64,000 bases of DNA from the NCBI GenBank assembly GCA_964016885.1, contig OZ024741.1, forward strand, positions 200,508,001-200,572,000, in the 5' to 3' direction. Positions 37,422 to 50,919 of the stretch are shown one piece after another (the first letter of the stretch is position 1; each line of letters opens with the position of its first letter). The translations under genes and the position numbers were made by a program. The stretch comes from Eledone cirrhosa. Taxonomy: Eukaryota. The notes beneath the pieces were generated by a model, which saw only the letters and a program-made list of their open reading frames with translations, searched no databases and was not told where the DNA came from.

Positions 37422-38160
37422 AGTTCAATAGGAGTGGGTATAACACTCATTTCATTAACAAGTACATAAAAAGCTCAATGTGTTAATTCCTAATGGAAAA
37501 GTACAGAGCATCACAATTAATTTAATTTAGGTCACTAATCAAAGATTTTCAAGTGCACATCACTTTATTCATTTCTACGACCTTTTCGATTTATTGAAAT
37601 GTAATTGTAAACATCAATAACAATTTACAAATTAATTAATCAATTAAATGAAGAAAAGCGCAATTACATTTCACAATTCTTATCAGAAAATAAATTTTTG
37701 ATTTGGGGAATAAATGTCTCAATTACCAGGTAGGCATATGATAATAAGCAAATTGCAGAAATAAATCCGAAGAAAGTTTTAAAAGCAAATGCGTGAGATA
37801 CATAAGCAAACAGCGAAGAGCTTTAATGTTAAGCATTATGTAATGTAATTTAAGCAACAAAGAAGTATAGTGTGGAGAGGATATAAGTCATATGCTGCTC
37901 ATGTATCCAAATACAAGTATAATATACTTACAGAATGCTAACACGCCATAGAGCGTTCATTTGAACGTATAACGTTATTTTCAAATAAAGCTTAAAAGCG
38001 GTATTAGTCTAAACACCGTTTATGACGGTGCACATTATTATTGGGGGTATATGAAAATCGTCCGAATCTTCAACATTCAGTGTTCAATCACAAACATAGC
38101 CAATGCATGTTTTTATAGTGTCAGTTAGATGGTGACCATCAATATCAGTGCACACTAGGT
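37418..38160 (-). mobile_element. Possible old PLE pseudo-LTR-like sequence between TA arrays
   Basis: The tail TACCCACTCCTATTGAACTCC runs into (TA)n and resembles 38546-38575. Only a decayed hammerhead-like trace is visible. Confidence 0.3.
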
Positions 38161-38223
38161 CATATAAGAGTTAATAAACTTATCTATGTATTTGCATGTG
38201 TGTATACATATATATATATATAA

Positions 38224-38622
<399 letters not shown>

Positions 38623-38641
38623 TATATATATATATATATAT

Positions 38642-38682
<41 letters not shown>

Positions 38683-38796
38683 TATATATACACTCACACA
38701 CACACATATATATATATATAATTGGTGTTGGGTGCTTAAAGCGTCCGTATGCGGTAGGCCGTATGGGCACTCGATGCCCTCGTGGAGCAGAGTATG

Positions 38797-39075
38797 ATAT
38801 CACAGAAAAAAGAGAATCAGTGTTGCGACGAAAGGAATTTATTGGACATATTACAAGCTCGAGGCACGATCGATATGTTGATCATACCTGACTCTGAAAT
38901 CTCTCAGTCGTCGGATACGTCTCGATTCTACGAAGCAGATTTTCCTATATATAGGGAAATAGTCAGGTATGATCAACATATCGATCGTGCATCGAACTGG
39001 TCGCCCGAGAAACATTTGTAATATGTCCAATAAATTCCTTTCGTCGCAATACTGATTCTCTTTTTTCTGTGATAT
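38797..39075. repeat. Inverted-repeat element (arms of about 95 and 115 bp)
   Basis: ATATCACAGAAAAAAGAGAATCAG...CATACCTGACT is mirrored at 38960-39075. Confidence 0.85.
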
Positions 39076-39155
39076 ATATATACATATATATACATACATA
39101 CATACATACATACATACATACATACATACATACATACATACATACATACATACAT

Positions 39156-41179
39156 GTGGAAAGAGGGAGGTGTGGGGTTGCATAGATCACCTACTAACTA
39201 ACAAAATGATTCAGGAAAAAACAACAAAGAATCGCAGAAACATGACTGTCGTGTGGCTGGACTATCAAAAAGCATTTGATAGTGTACCTCATGGGTGGAT
39301 TATTAAGGCTTTACAGTTAGCTAAAGTCCCACAACCATTAGTAGCTGCTGTTGAACGCCTGACCAAGAACTGGTACACCAATTTGATCCTTAGAGGTGAG
39401 AAGGAGCAGGTTAAGACTGATAGGATACATTACCAGAAGGGCATCTTTCAGGGTGATAGCTTGTCAGTACTACTCTTCGTTCTCTCACTGAATCCACTAT
39501 CTTACCTACTCAGGAAACAAGGTGGACAAAGAAGTGGGCCCAGAAGTATCTCCCATCTTTTCTTTGTTGATGACCTGAAGTTGTATGGGCCAAATATCAA
39601 TGACATCAAGAAACAATTGGACCTCATTACACAATTTTCAACCGACATCAAAATGAAATTTGGTGAGTCCAAGTGTGCATATTTGGCAGTAAAACGTGGA
39701 AGAGCTGTGCCCTCCTCTAGAAATCTAGATATGAACGGCCTGACAATACAACCTCTGCAGTCAGGTGACAACTACAGATATCTTGGACAGGATGAGAATG
39801 TCAGATATGATGGACCCATAAATAAGGAGAGAACCAGAACTGAATACCTCAGAAGAGTAAAAAAAATATGGTCATCAGAACTGTCAGCATACAACAAATA
39901 CATTGCCCACAATACCTATGCTGTGCCAATTCTAACGCCAACATTTGGCCTACTGAACTGGTCATTGCAAGAACTAAGTGAGATGGATGTTAGAACTCGC
40001 AAACTTCTCAGTGTTACTGGGAACTTTAACATCAATGGTGATGTGGATAGGCTATACTTCTCACGCAGGGAAGGTGGCCGGGGTCTAAAATCAATATTAA
40101 CAACATATGAGACCCGGATAGTAACACTGAAGCAACACCTTCAACAGAGGAAAAAGGTTGGCGACCATCTTGCTCAGGTTTATGAGCATGAAAAAAGAAA
40201 TATCATTAGAATAGCGACTGATCTGGAGGAGAGATATGGAATAAAGCCTGATATAAATCTCTCACCCAGAGAAATCGGAAGATCCTATTCAATGTTCAAA
40301 CAAGAAAAAAAAATTGACCAATTTACAGAGAAAGTTGTGCATGGATACTTGAGGCGTAAAACACAGACCATAGAGGGGATAAACCACTCAAAAAGCCTGG
40401 CATGGAGTTCCGACAAGTTTATGACATCACACCTTGAGGGATATCTCTATGCAATACAGGAACAAGAACTCCCTACCAAATATCTGCTGCACAAAAGAGG
40501 AGGGCCAGCAGCTGACAATAAATGTAGGCTATGTAAAACAAAGATCGAGGATGTAAGCCACATTGTTGCCAGCTGCGAAAGAATGTCATCTCGCTACTAC
40601 CTCCCCATGAGACACGATGGGATAGCTAGAACTATCTGGAACGCACTTCGGAAAACAAAATTAACAACAAACGAGGAAGAATATATTGAGACAGATGGCA
40701 CTAAGGAATACTGGTGGAACCTGAAAATAAAAACTGCCACCAAATTAAAGCACAACCGGCCTGATATTGTAGTTTGGGACCACACATTGAAAACGTGTTC
40801 TGTTGTGGAGATCAGCTGCCCACTTGATGTAAACGTTGTCAGAAAAATACAGGAGAAGGAGGACATCTAAGGACCATTGATGAGGAGCTTACAAATCCAG
40901 TATCCAAGATACACCTTTAGCTTCATACCCATCATTATTGGTGCTACGGGTTATATACCAACCCGCTTGGACCAAAGTATGACCGAACTTGGATTTGCGG
41001 ACAAAAAGCGCAGCTCCCTAATTCATAGTCTACAAATGGCTGCGATAGCTGGCACCTTCAAAATATGCAAAACATTCTTGCGATTCAAGGGATGACAATT
41101 TCTTTTCTTTTACAACCTTGCCACCAGGAAGGTGGCCGGTCAAAAAAATATACTCGAAATTAAGAGAAAGAGAAAACAA

Positions 41180-41182
<3 letters not shown>
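39156..41182 (+). mobile_element. 5'-truncated R4/Dong-clade LINE in a (TACA)n/(TA)n microsatellite
   Basis: RT, CCHC and restriction-like endonuclease domains, a short 3' UTR, and simple-repeat flanks. Confidence 0.95.
39170..41095 (+). pseudogene. R4/Dong RT, zinc knuckle and RLE endonuclease (one in-frame TAA at 40868)
   Basis: WLDYQKAFDSVPH, GIFQGDSLS, HLFFVDDLKL, YRYLG, GGRGL, CRLC..EDVSHIVASC, RHD, NRPDIV..VEISCP and PIIIGATG. Confidence 0.93.
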
Positions 41183-41657
<475 letters not shown>

Positions 41658-42599
41658 AGAAAAAAGTTTAAATGAAGCATTGTGAAATATGTAATTAAAA
41701 ATATATTTGGAAAAGGTTTAGGGGAAGGGAAGGGAGAAAGGCAATGTTTAATTTTTTTCCCCTCTTTCTTTTTCTTTTTGTTATTGCAAACATTATATTA
41801 CCGAATTAAAATTTGTCGAATATTTGGAAAGCCGGTACAATACAAATATTGGTGGAACCAATGTAGATTTCAAGTATGAGTATACTTCTATCGTTATTTA
41901 CATACGCACACACACACATATATATACGCACATGCATATATACCCAATATTGCATAGCCGTTGACTCTGAGATCATTCGTATTTTGATAGGTTTAGTTTT
42001 TCATCCCACGGGTTGTTAAAAAATGACACTTACGTGGTGGAGGTTACCGGTTTAATCGGCGGATAGTTGTGATTCAAATGAGAGCGCGTTCTTCGAGCGT
42101 AAACCTTCGCTACAATCACACTCACCAAAAGAATGCTATATTTTGCACGAAACTTCGCCTTAGAGAAGTAATAGTATTTCATAATAATATGTATATAAGA
42201 AAGTAATTTATTTTATATCCCCACGGGTAAAAATATAAGAACTAGATGTTGAAAATGCAACTGGAGTCTTTAAGATTTATTTACAATAACTTTACCGGTT
42301 TCACAGTTTCATTAATTTCTCAACTATTATTTATAGTGATTGGCCCCTATAATGGTCATTTGCGTTAGCACGGATACATTCCAAATGTTAGCTTTCCCGC
42401 TGCTTCTTAAGTGAATTATTTTGTTTATATATATTAATATACTCACACTTATATATAGTATAAATTCTGAGATAAATTTAAAGTAGATATAACTCCAACT
42501 TATAAGCTTTGCGCTAAAAATGTAAACAAATGTGAAACACATTCAGTTCTTTTTCTTTGCTCACTCATTCCTGGGAAGGTCGTGGGGACAGAGTTCTCA

Positions 42600-42935
42600 A
42601 TGATGATAATGGTGGTGGTGGTGGCGGTGCTGGAGGTGCTGGTTGTGATTATGAGAATGGTGGTGGTGGTGCTGGTGGTAGTGATGATGATGATTATGAT
42701 GATGATTATGATGAAGATAGAGTCTGTTTTGTTGTTGGTAGTGGTGTTATTTTTAGATAGATGTAATTGGAAGAAATGTTCGCTCTCTCTCTGTTTTTCT
42801 CTGTTACTCACTCTGTCTCTGTCTTTCTGCACCTGTTTCTATCTCTCTCTCTCTCTCTCTAAATAGAGAAAATAGAGAAAATAGGAGGGAGAGGAAGAGA
42901 GTAGAGGGAGGAGGAGATAGAGGGAGAGAGAGAGT
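42600..42935. repeat. Low-complexity (GGT)/(GAT)/(CT)/(GA) repeats
   Basis: Direct reading. Confidence 0.85.
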
Positions 42936-43385
42936 GCTAATTTTAAGGAATTGTGCTCGTAATCCGCCATCGATATTTAAAACTCAAGTAGCTCGGTCCA
43001 GTCAATACTTAACAAAGTTAACAGATGGTTCAAGGAATAATTTTAAAGGCATAGTCTACATAACTGTAATCAAGCACACTTGGGTGTCATGGGGGTACTA
43101 CAGTACAAACGGGCGTATAATTCGTGTCTTTTAGTGCTGAGTTGATCTCTAAAGACAAGTCCGGGGAAAGCCCCGCTAATCTTGTTTATCAGTCAACAGA
43201 TTTGAACCCCCATTGAGAGATGTCCATGACCACGAGGAGTTAAATAACAGAAGCATTGTCTAATTAAGATATATAACCATATATACGGGGTCATGATAAT
43301 GAAGACTTTCGAATTGTCTGCCCACCCCATTCCACATTAAGAAATTTTGTATACTAACTGATAATATTTCACTTCAAAGGTGTCA

Positions 43386-43626
43386 TCAAGGATATTTTTC
43401 TGAATCTTTGGTCATTACCCTCGTTGAACAGGTGTTATTCTGTCGTAAACAGAAACCGTGTTTCATGGCCTTAACCAAAACGTTCCGATCCAGTGATTTC
43501 TGATATTGTGCAACTTGAGTGTGAATAACGATTTCATTCAAATTAATATGACACCTTTTTGTCAAACTGAAAAACATTTCGTCTATTATTACCTTCGTAG
43601 TCACGTGGCTACCATTAAATGTTAAG
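43386..43626 (-). CDS. Possible exon of an unknown host gene
   Basis: A strong acceptor TTGTTTTCTTTGTATTGCAG| precedes a frame of about 80 codons (LTFNGSHVTTKV...DSEKYP*) in unique sequence. There are internal GTAAT donor-like sites and no recognised homology. Confidence 0.25.
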
Positions 43627-44339
43627 CTGCAATACAAAGAAAACAACTATAAATATAACAATAACTAAAAAGATGGGACTATTCATTTCTGATCTTTTGC
43701 TTCAGCGTATTTTGAAATAAAGAGAGAGACTTGCTTCAAAGAAACGAATAAATAATTAGACAGATAAAGGTGAATATTCGTTCGAGAAAATTGTTATTTT
43801 ATGGGAATTATACTTGAAATATTGTATGTTAATTGATTACAAAGATACGTTGTTGTTGCTGTTACTATTGCTGCTACTACTAGTGCTAATGATTGTAATG
43901 ATAAAGATGTAGATTAGGATGAGGACAACAGTAGCAATAATTGTGATTTCTAATTTCAACATAAAGTAATACATTTTAGAGGGAGGGATACAGTGGATTC
44001 AAACGGCGCCAAGATCTATTTGACTGACTTCATCGACATTAGAAGGGGGGAGAGCAAGATCAATAGAAGAAGAAGAAGAAGAATGAGGAGGAGGAGTAGA
44101 GGGGGGATGCAGACGACGATGACGACGATGGCAAGATAATGAAATTCATTCTAACCACTTTCATTAACGAAACACACATGGAGATTTTCTATAAATTAAG
44201 ATTTTTAAGTGGTGCCTGGTTGTTGGATAAATGAAGTCAGTTTCTAAAATATCTTTTTTAGAATCTAATGTTTAAACATTCAATATTTTAGGCATGTTTC
44301 TTGTAAAAACAACAAGAAAAACAACAACCTATTTTACTT

Positions 44340-44485
44340 CCTTGGTGGTGAACTGACAGCGTCGTTAGACCACGGGATTAGAAGCTTCGATATTTATTCC
44401 AGTTCTCTTCGATTTGAGTTCAAATCCCGCTGAGATCAATTTTGCATTTCATCGTATTGCAAGTGATGAAATACCAGTCCAGGAG
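44340..44485 (+). mobile_element. Old Nin/Deu-type SINE
   Basis: GGTGGTGAACTGACAG head, GAGTTCAAATCCCGCTGAG and a decayed core. Confidence 0.6.
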
Positions 44486-44749
44486 CAGTGAATGGAGGTA
44501 ATTGTAAAAGAGTCTGATCGGTTGCTTTGCCGTATTTAATCCGGCTTTGTGCATTCTGAATAACAAATCCCACCTTCTGCCAGAAATTGCGACAGGCCGA
44601 TAGTATCAGCAATGGGAAGATCAATGAGAACATGTTTTCCTTGGTCTGATTTGATGATCAACTTCTTTCCTTCTAAACCCACGTAAAGCGTTGCATCTTT
44701 CGAGTGAAATGCGTTTTCTTTTCGAAGACTTTAGAATTTTAATTCATTT

Positions 44750-44925
44750 CAGTATCGGTAGAGGGTAGGATATGATTTCCAGCATAGTTACGTCCGTTTA
44801 CGATCTGAGTTCAATTCCCGCCGAGGTTTACTTTGCCTTTCATCCTTACAGGGTCGATAACATAAAGTACCAGTAATGTACTGAGATAATTGCTGGCCTT
44901 GTGCCAAAAAGTAGAAACAATTATT
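44750..44925 (+). mobile_element. Young Nin/Deu-type SINE
   Basis: Family head, core and tail. Confidence 0.85.
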
Positions 44926-45296
44926 TAATATTTTATTCCATTGCGGGAATGTTGCTTTTTTCCCCAAACATGCAATGTGCTAAAGGATAGAGGCGTCAAC
45001 CCTCAGTATTAGTGATGGAAAGCAGGGATCTAAAGCTTAAGACAGATGTATAAAGGTTCAATGGTACAAAACAAAATATGTTAATACAAGTTACAAAAAT
45101 GCTTCCGACAAACCAACTCACATGAAAGATGTATAAAAGTTCAATGGTACAAAACAAAATTTCATTTTTTCCATTTATCGTTTTCGGTACGCCCGGCCGA
45201 CTAACTCACTCGATATGCAAATTAGGCTGCTCAGCCGTTTATATGCATAAGGAAAGTATATACTTTCAAACGTTCAATCAACTGACAGGAAGGTAT

Positions 45297-45339
45297 ACGG
45301 TGCTGATGACAACTAATAAGCTCGAAACTAGTTCATCGT
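45297..45339 (+). ncRNA. Minimal type I hammerhead motif in a pLTR-like tract (about 45000-45600)
   Basis: ACGGTG-CTGATGA-CAACTAATAAGCTC-GAAA-CTAG-T-T^CATCGT. Stem III is the palindrome ACTAGT, stem I extends as ACTGACA/TGTCAGT, and stem II is partly decayed. Confidence 0.6.
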
Positions 45340-45610
45340 TCCTTTGTCAGTGTTGAACAAAAGGGCAACGATGGTTGCCGAACATTCTGCGGCTAATAAT
45401 TCGGGCTGTCTGTTTACACACAAACCGAGCATTATAATAAATGTTCGGTAAACCCATACGTACATGTATATATATGTGCATATATGTATGTATATACATA
45501 CTACTGTACGTCTGTATACATATATGTATGTACATATAATACTTATATTTAAGTATCAGCCGTACTAAGAGTGAGAAATGAAATTTCATTTTTTCCATAT
45601 ATATATATAT

Positions 45611-47001
45611 TGTTATACTTTGGGAGGGTCATGTTGCCAATAAGAAACACACGCACTAGATGCTTTCACTCCAATTTATTATAAATTAAATTATAAATTT
45701 AAAAAATTTATAAATAAATTTCCGGTTGGTTGGTTGGTTCCACAACAGGACGGTTGTTCATATATTGTCAAAGTTCTTTCGTCACACATTCTGTGACCTC
45801 TTCAGTGACTGGGGATTCTTTTCTTTGTTTTGTGCCTCTCCTTTGTTCTATCCTACGCCATCTTGTTTTTGTGTGTGTTGTGTGCTTAGTTTGTATATGT
45901 GTTACATCCGGGTGTCTGTGTGTGTTTTTATTTGTTTATTTATTTGTTTATTTACATGTTACTGGCTGGTTGTTTGTTCTACGTGTGTGTGTTTTCATTT
46001 TGTCCTTAATTGTAAGTTGTGATGTTGCTATTCCATTCATGTTTTCTATTTAATTTGGTTGGAGTTCATTTATGTTTATTGCCTCTGTGATTTGTCTAAA
46101 CATTGCGTCTTTTCTGTGTGTAGATTTTATTTTTATTTCTATGTTCTCTAATTTGCCCTTATATTCTATTTTAGGATGTTGGTGGAGTACTGATGATTCT
46201 TTTCTATCTTGAAGCTCTCGCCAGTGTTCGTTTAATCGTTCTCCTATACTACGAGCTGTCTCACCTATGTACACTATATTCTTATCTTTACATTGTCCTT
46301 CAGTACATCTTATGCTATATAGTATGTTTCTAGTTTTTCAGTTAATATGGGGGCTTAGTTTACAGATTATGCATTTCTTATCTATACAGGGAGGTCTTTG
46401 AAAAGGGTATGTATTACTAATAAGTGTTTTTATGGAGGTACCTGGTTTTCTACTGTCTTAATATTTAGTTTAAGTTTATCTAGGGCCCTTCTAAATGTGT
46501 AAGGTAGTTCACCTCTAGGGTTTGTATTGATGAACATTACACTCTGGTATTTATTGCTATCATACCATGAGTTTATTCTATTAACCTTATTCCTAGTTCT
46601 TTCTATTCTATTCCAAAATTTGTTCTATACAAGGAACAGGTCCCATTTGTATCATTATTTACCATTGTTTTCTATTTGGTTCTGGCTCCTCTATATACTC
46701 TGATTTTATTTCTCTGGTTGTAACCAGAGAACTGCATACAGTGGATGAAGTGCTGTATGTGTCTCTCTAGTTCTTTGGGGTTGCACATGCGGGACACGTT
46801 TCTTATCACCCGTACTAAATCTGCAATCAGTATGTTGATTTTGGTGTGATCCGAAACAGCTGAGTTTCGGTGGATCAGATATTGGAGGGAAGCAACTGGT
46901 GCATGTGTTTCTTATTGGCAACATGACCCTCCCAAAGTATAACAATATCAGTTTCAACACACGTTTTCAGATAAAACATCTTGCTAAATAAATTCAGAAA
47001 C

Positions 47002-47003
<2 letters not shown>
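45611..47003 (-). mobile_element. PLE 3' fragment (Cys-rich linker, GIY-YIG, pLTR) with an inverted tail at the 5' junction; Neptune-like
   Basis: PCIDKKCIIC..N*KTRNILYSIRC..YIGETARSIGERLNEH..RQITEA..QPN. The terminus TTGTTATACTTTGGGAGGGTCATGTTGCCAATAAGAAACAC is mirrored at 46905-46945. Confidence 0.85.
45767..45809 (-). ncRNA. Minimal hammerhead motif
   Basis: GTCA-CTGAAGA-GGTCACA(GAATG)TGTGAC-GAAA-GAAC-T-T^TGAC. Confidence 0.65.
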
Positions 47004-47054
<51 letters not shown>

Positions 47055-47057
<3 letters not shown>

Positions 47058-48975
47058 AGACCTTCACAGAATCAAAGGCCTTCCTAAAGTCAATGAAAAC
47101 CATGACAGCAGGATAGCTCTTTGTTCTAGCTCCCTCTAATATCCTCCTCAGCATCGGGACGCCGTTCTCGTTGTGCCTGAGCTTCCTCTGCATCTCGGGC
47201 TTGATCCTTTTAAGAATCATCCTGTTGGGGCTCTTTGCCACCAGTGACGTCAATGAGATCCCCCTGTATTTGTTGGTGTTAGAGATATCTCCCTTCTTTG
47301 GCACTGGGACGATGTTACTAATCCTTCACTGATTCGGGACAACTCCTTTCTAGAGTGCCTCGTCACAGAACTCCAGGATGATATCATCAAAATCACACCA
47401 CTTCATCACCTCTGATGCCACTCCATCTTCTCCATGGGCCTTGCTCTCCTTGATCTTCTTGGCTCTCTGAAGCTCCACTCCGGTGAAGGGTCTTGTCTCA
47501 ATATCCAGTTCCTGAAACAGCTGCCTGATTTCCCCAGTGTTCTGGGCTGTGGAGGGAGGCTCTCCTAGTAGGGTCCTAAAATGGTCCAGCCATTTCCTCT
47601 TCCTATTCGCGGGCCCTGTTCCATGGATCTGACTCGAACCCCCTCTCTTCCTCCCTGTGATCTCGTTGATGATCGTCCAGCTCTCTTTACACCTAGACCT
47701 GTCAACCGCTCTCTCCAGACTTCTGATCTTCTCTATTAGTGCCTCCTCTCTGACCTCAGTGTAAGTGGCACAGAGTTCTTCCTTCATCACCTCCACATTC
47801 TCCTTCCTCTCCTCCGTAGTATCACCATGGAATTGGTCCTTGGCAGCTTTTAAGTGTTCTCTGGCTGCACACACTTTAGGCTCTGCAGAGCTGACGTTCT
47901 TCCTCTTCTTCTCTCTCCTCGATCGGACGAGCTCAGTGAGCGGAAGGTTGCTAGCCGTTGCAGCTTACTCGAGTAAGGTAATTATTTAACCCATAAATGG
48001 GGCCCTAACAGGTACTACTACTCCGGGTCAGAGCAGACCTGGGAGTTAAGACAACTAAGGGGTAACTCCCCATTCCCCACACCTCCTGAACTCCCGAACT
48101 GGAGCCTTGCCACTGGATGCAGTTTAATGTCATACCCAGGCTTGTGGAATCCCCAAGAAGATAGTGTACCTGATATCACTACTCTACACCGACACCAGAG
48201 CCCAAGTCATTACACCTGATGGGATGACGGAGTTCTTTTAGATACTGGCTGGAGTGCTCCAGGGCGATACATTGGCTCCCTACCTTTTTATCAGTGGACT
48301 ATTGTATGCGCCTTGAAACACCAGGACTCGGGCTTTACAGTAACACCGGCTCAGAGCAGCAGAATTAAGGCGAAAAAGATATCGGTTGCTGAATTTGCTG
48401 ACGACATAGTTCTGGTGACAAACACAGTGAAGGAGGCAAAGGAGTTGATGCAGGAGGTGGAGACTGTGTCAATGAGTGTGGGGCTGAGAATGAATGAGAT
48501 TAAGACGAAGTATCTGGTAGAGAACATTAAGAAGCCAGAGAAGATTATGAATGTAGGCGGGAAGCCGTAAGAGTTGGTTGAGGACTTCCTGTATCTGGGA
48601 ATAAAGATTGGGAACAGAGGATGATGTGGTGGAGAGGAAGAGGAAAGCTTGGGCAGCGTGTCACAGTTTGAGTTTGGTGTGGAAGTCGGACCTTCGTAAA
48701 GACTGAAGATCCGTCTCTTCGTTGCTACAGTAGAATCTGGGCCACTGTACGATTTTGAGACTAGGACACTGACCAGAAAACTCACTCAGATGGCGGATGG
48801 GTGTTACACGAGAATGCTGAGGATGGCTCTGAACATTAACCAGTATATACTGAGGAAGAACTCAGAGCTGTACAGGAGCCTCCCAAAAGTCATCTCGAAA
48901 GTAGCACAGAGGAGATTTAGGTTAGTTGTATATGCCTACCGATATTCAGAATTGAAACTGCACTCAGTGCTCCTG
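47055..48975. mobile_element. Rearranged RTE-group LINE (inverted 5' half, non-coding insert, forward 3' half)
   Basis: Minus strand 47055-47905 has PKKGD..YRGISL..FIDFRKAFDSV. Plus strand 48140-48975 has GIPKKIV..GVLQGDTLAPYLF, FADDIVL, DFLYLG and DGCYTRMLR. Confidence 0.85.
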
Positions 48976-48984
48976 TTGGTAACC

Positions 48985-49323
<339 letters not shown>

Positions 49324-49356
49324 GTCTGTGTATGTATATATGTATATGTATATATG

Positions 49357-49934
49357 GTCAGGTCACCAGTTGGTGCTATTGGTAACATGTATTCCAGTAC
49401 AACCTGTCTCATGGTCGAGTCATTGGCGACTAAACTGGCAACCCCATCAAAGTTTCTTGGTGACGAGGGTGACTTTGGACATCCTGCAGGACTAAAAACA
49501 AAACCTGTCAAAGGGAAAAGGAGCTCTTAATAGGCAATGGCCATCCAAAATCACCGGCAGAGATGATCCCTTAGCCTTTGTCAAGGCAGAATTCTTGAAG
49601 GAAAACTCTGATATAACACCTGCAACCCTGATGGTATCCAATGATGTTGACTTGTTCTTCTTTTTGGTAAATATCATCTTGGTTAATAGAGTGGGACTGG
49701 CTTTGTGCAGTGCCTTTGCTCACTATAAAAGCTTCACGGCGCAGGCATTGCTTTATATCTGGAGATTTCTCTGCACTTGTCGTCACATGGTACCATGGGC
49801 CCATCACTATGTGTCAATAATTGTCACAAGTGTAGTGTTTGTACTAGAGTTTTCAAGTCGCTGGCTGAACTAAAAAGTCACACTCGTTCAGCGCAAAAGT
49901 AGTGGCCGTACTCGAAAACGAGTTGGCAGCCAAC
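49357..49934 (+). mobile_element. Second full copy of the RTE-derived non-autonomous element
   Basis: Colinear with 27451-28058 apart from a short 3' deletion, with TA/TG flanks. Confidence 0.8.
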
Positions 49935-50009
49935 ATATATATATATATATGTATATATATATATGTGTGTGTATATATATATGTATATATGTATATATGT
50001 ATATATGTA

Positions 50010-50915
50010 TTGTTATACTAGGGGAGGGTCATTTTTGTGTAATATTGCCAGAATTAATAACAGAACACACTCACTGTTTGGTTGGTTTTCGCTTTTCGCT
50101 TCTGTGTCTTTTATATCGGCAATCTAATTTATTCGGTCCTCAATGTTGCCATTGACTGACCAACGGTAAAAAATAATACAGATACAATATAGACACAAAC
50201 ACATATATATAGTTTATCAAAGTTCTTTCGTTGCACATCTGCAACATCGTCAGTGGTGCTATTGTTTCCTCCCGTTGCATTGTAATTTCTACGCCATCGT
50301 TATTTAGTCTGTTTATATATTTATTTATTTGTTTATTTTATTTTGTCTTCTTTGCGCATGCGTTTGCGTGTGTGTATAGTGTTTTGTTTGATGTGTGTTC
50401 GTGATTGGGTGACTGTGTATTGGTTAATGTAGTCTATCTTTACTAGTGTGTGTTTATATGTGTTTGTTGTTATTGTGCTTGTGTATGTATTTATTTATTT
50501 ATTTATCTATTTATTTATTTATACTTCTCTTAGGTCAGTGTTGTTTATTTGGGTGTTGTTGTTATTCCATTCATTCTTTCTGTTTAGCCTTGGCCTTCTA
50601 AGTTCTATATCACTGGCCTCTCTGATTTGCCTATCTGCTGGGTCATTTCTATGTTTAGATATTATTCTAATTTCTATGTTGTCTATGTTACCGTCGTGTT
50701 GTTGTCTGGCATGTTCGTATAGTACTGAACCGTTTTTTTCGTCCTTTTAGTTCCCCCCAGTGTTGTTCTATCCTTTCACCTATACTACGAGCTGACTTGC
50801 CTATGTATGTTGTTGTCATGTTTCTGCAAGTACCCTCTGTACATCTCATGCTATAGACTACGTTTCTAGTTTTACAGTTTATCTGCGAAGTAAAGAAAGT
50901 TCTGTGGGAGGGCAT
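50010..50915 (-). mobile_element. Related Neptune-like PLE 3' fragment with a hammerhead (50216-50257)
   Basis: INCKTRNVVYSMRC..YIGKSARSIGER..H, the hammerhead ACCA-CTGACGA-TGTTGCA..TGCAAC-GAAA-GAAC-T-T^TGAT, and the terminus TTGTTATACTAGGGGAGGGTCAT. Confidence 0.85.
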
Positions 50916-50919
50916 TTAC

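Noticed and set aside
42280-42320. Minus-strand TTAATGA..GAAACCGGTA hammerhead trace
   Set aside because: The core and stems are too decayed to support a call.
45045-45165. Direct repeat of about 33 bp, GATGTATAAA.GTTCAATGGTACAAAACAAAAT, as a TSD
   Set aside because: The enclosed sequence is only about 50 bp with no element features. A local duplication is more likely.
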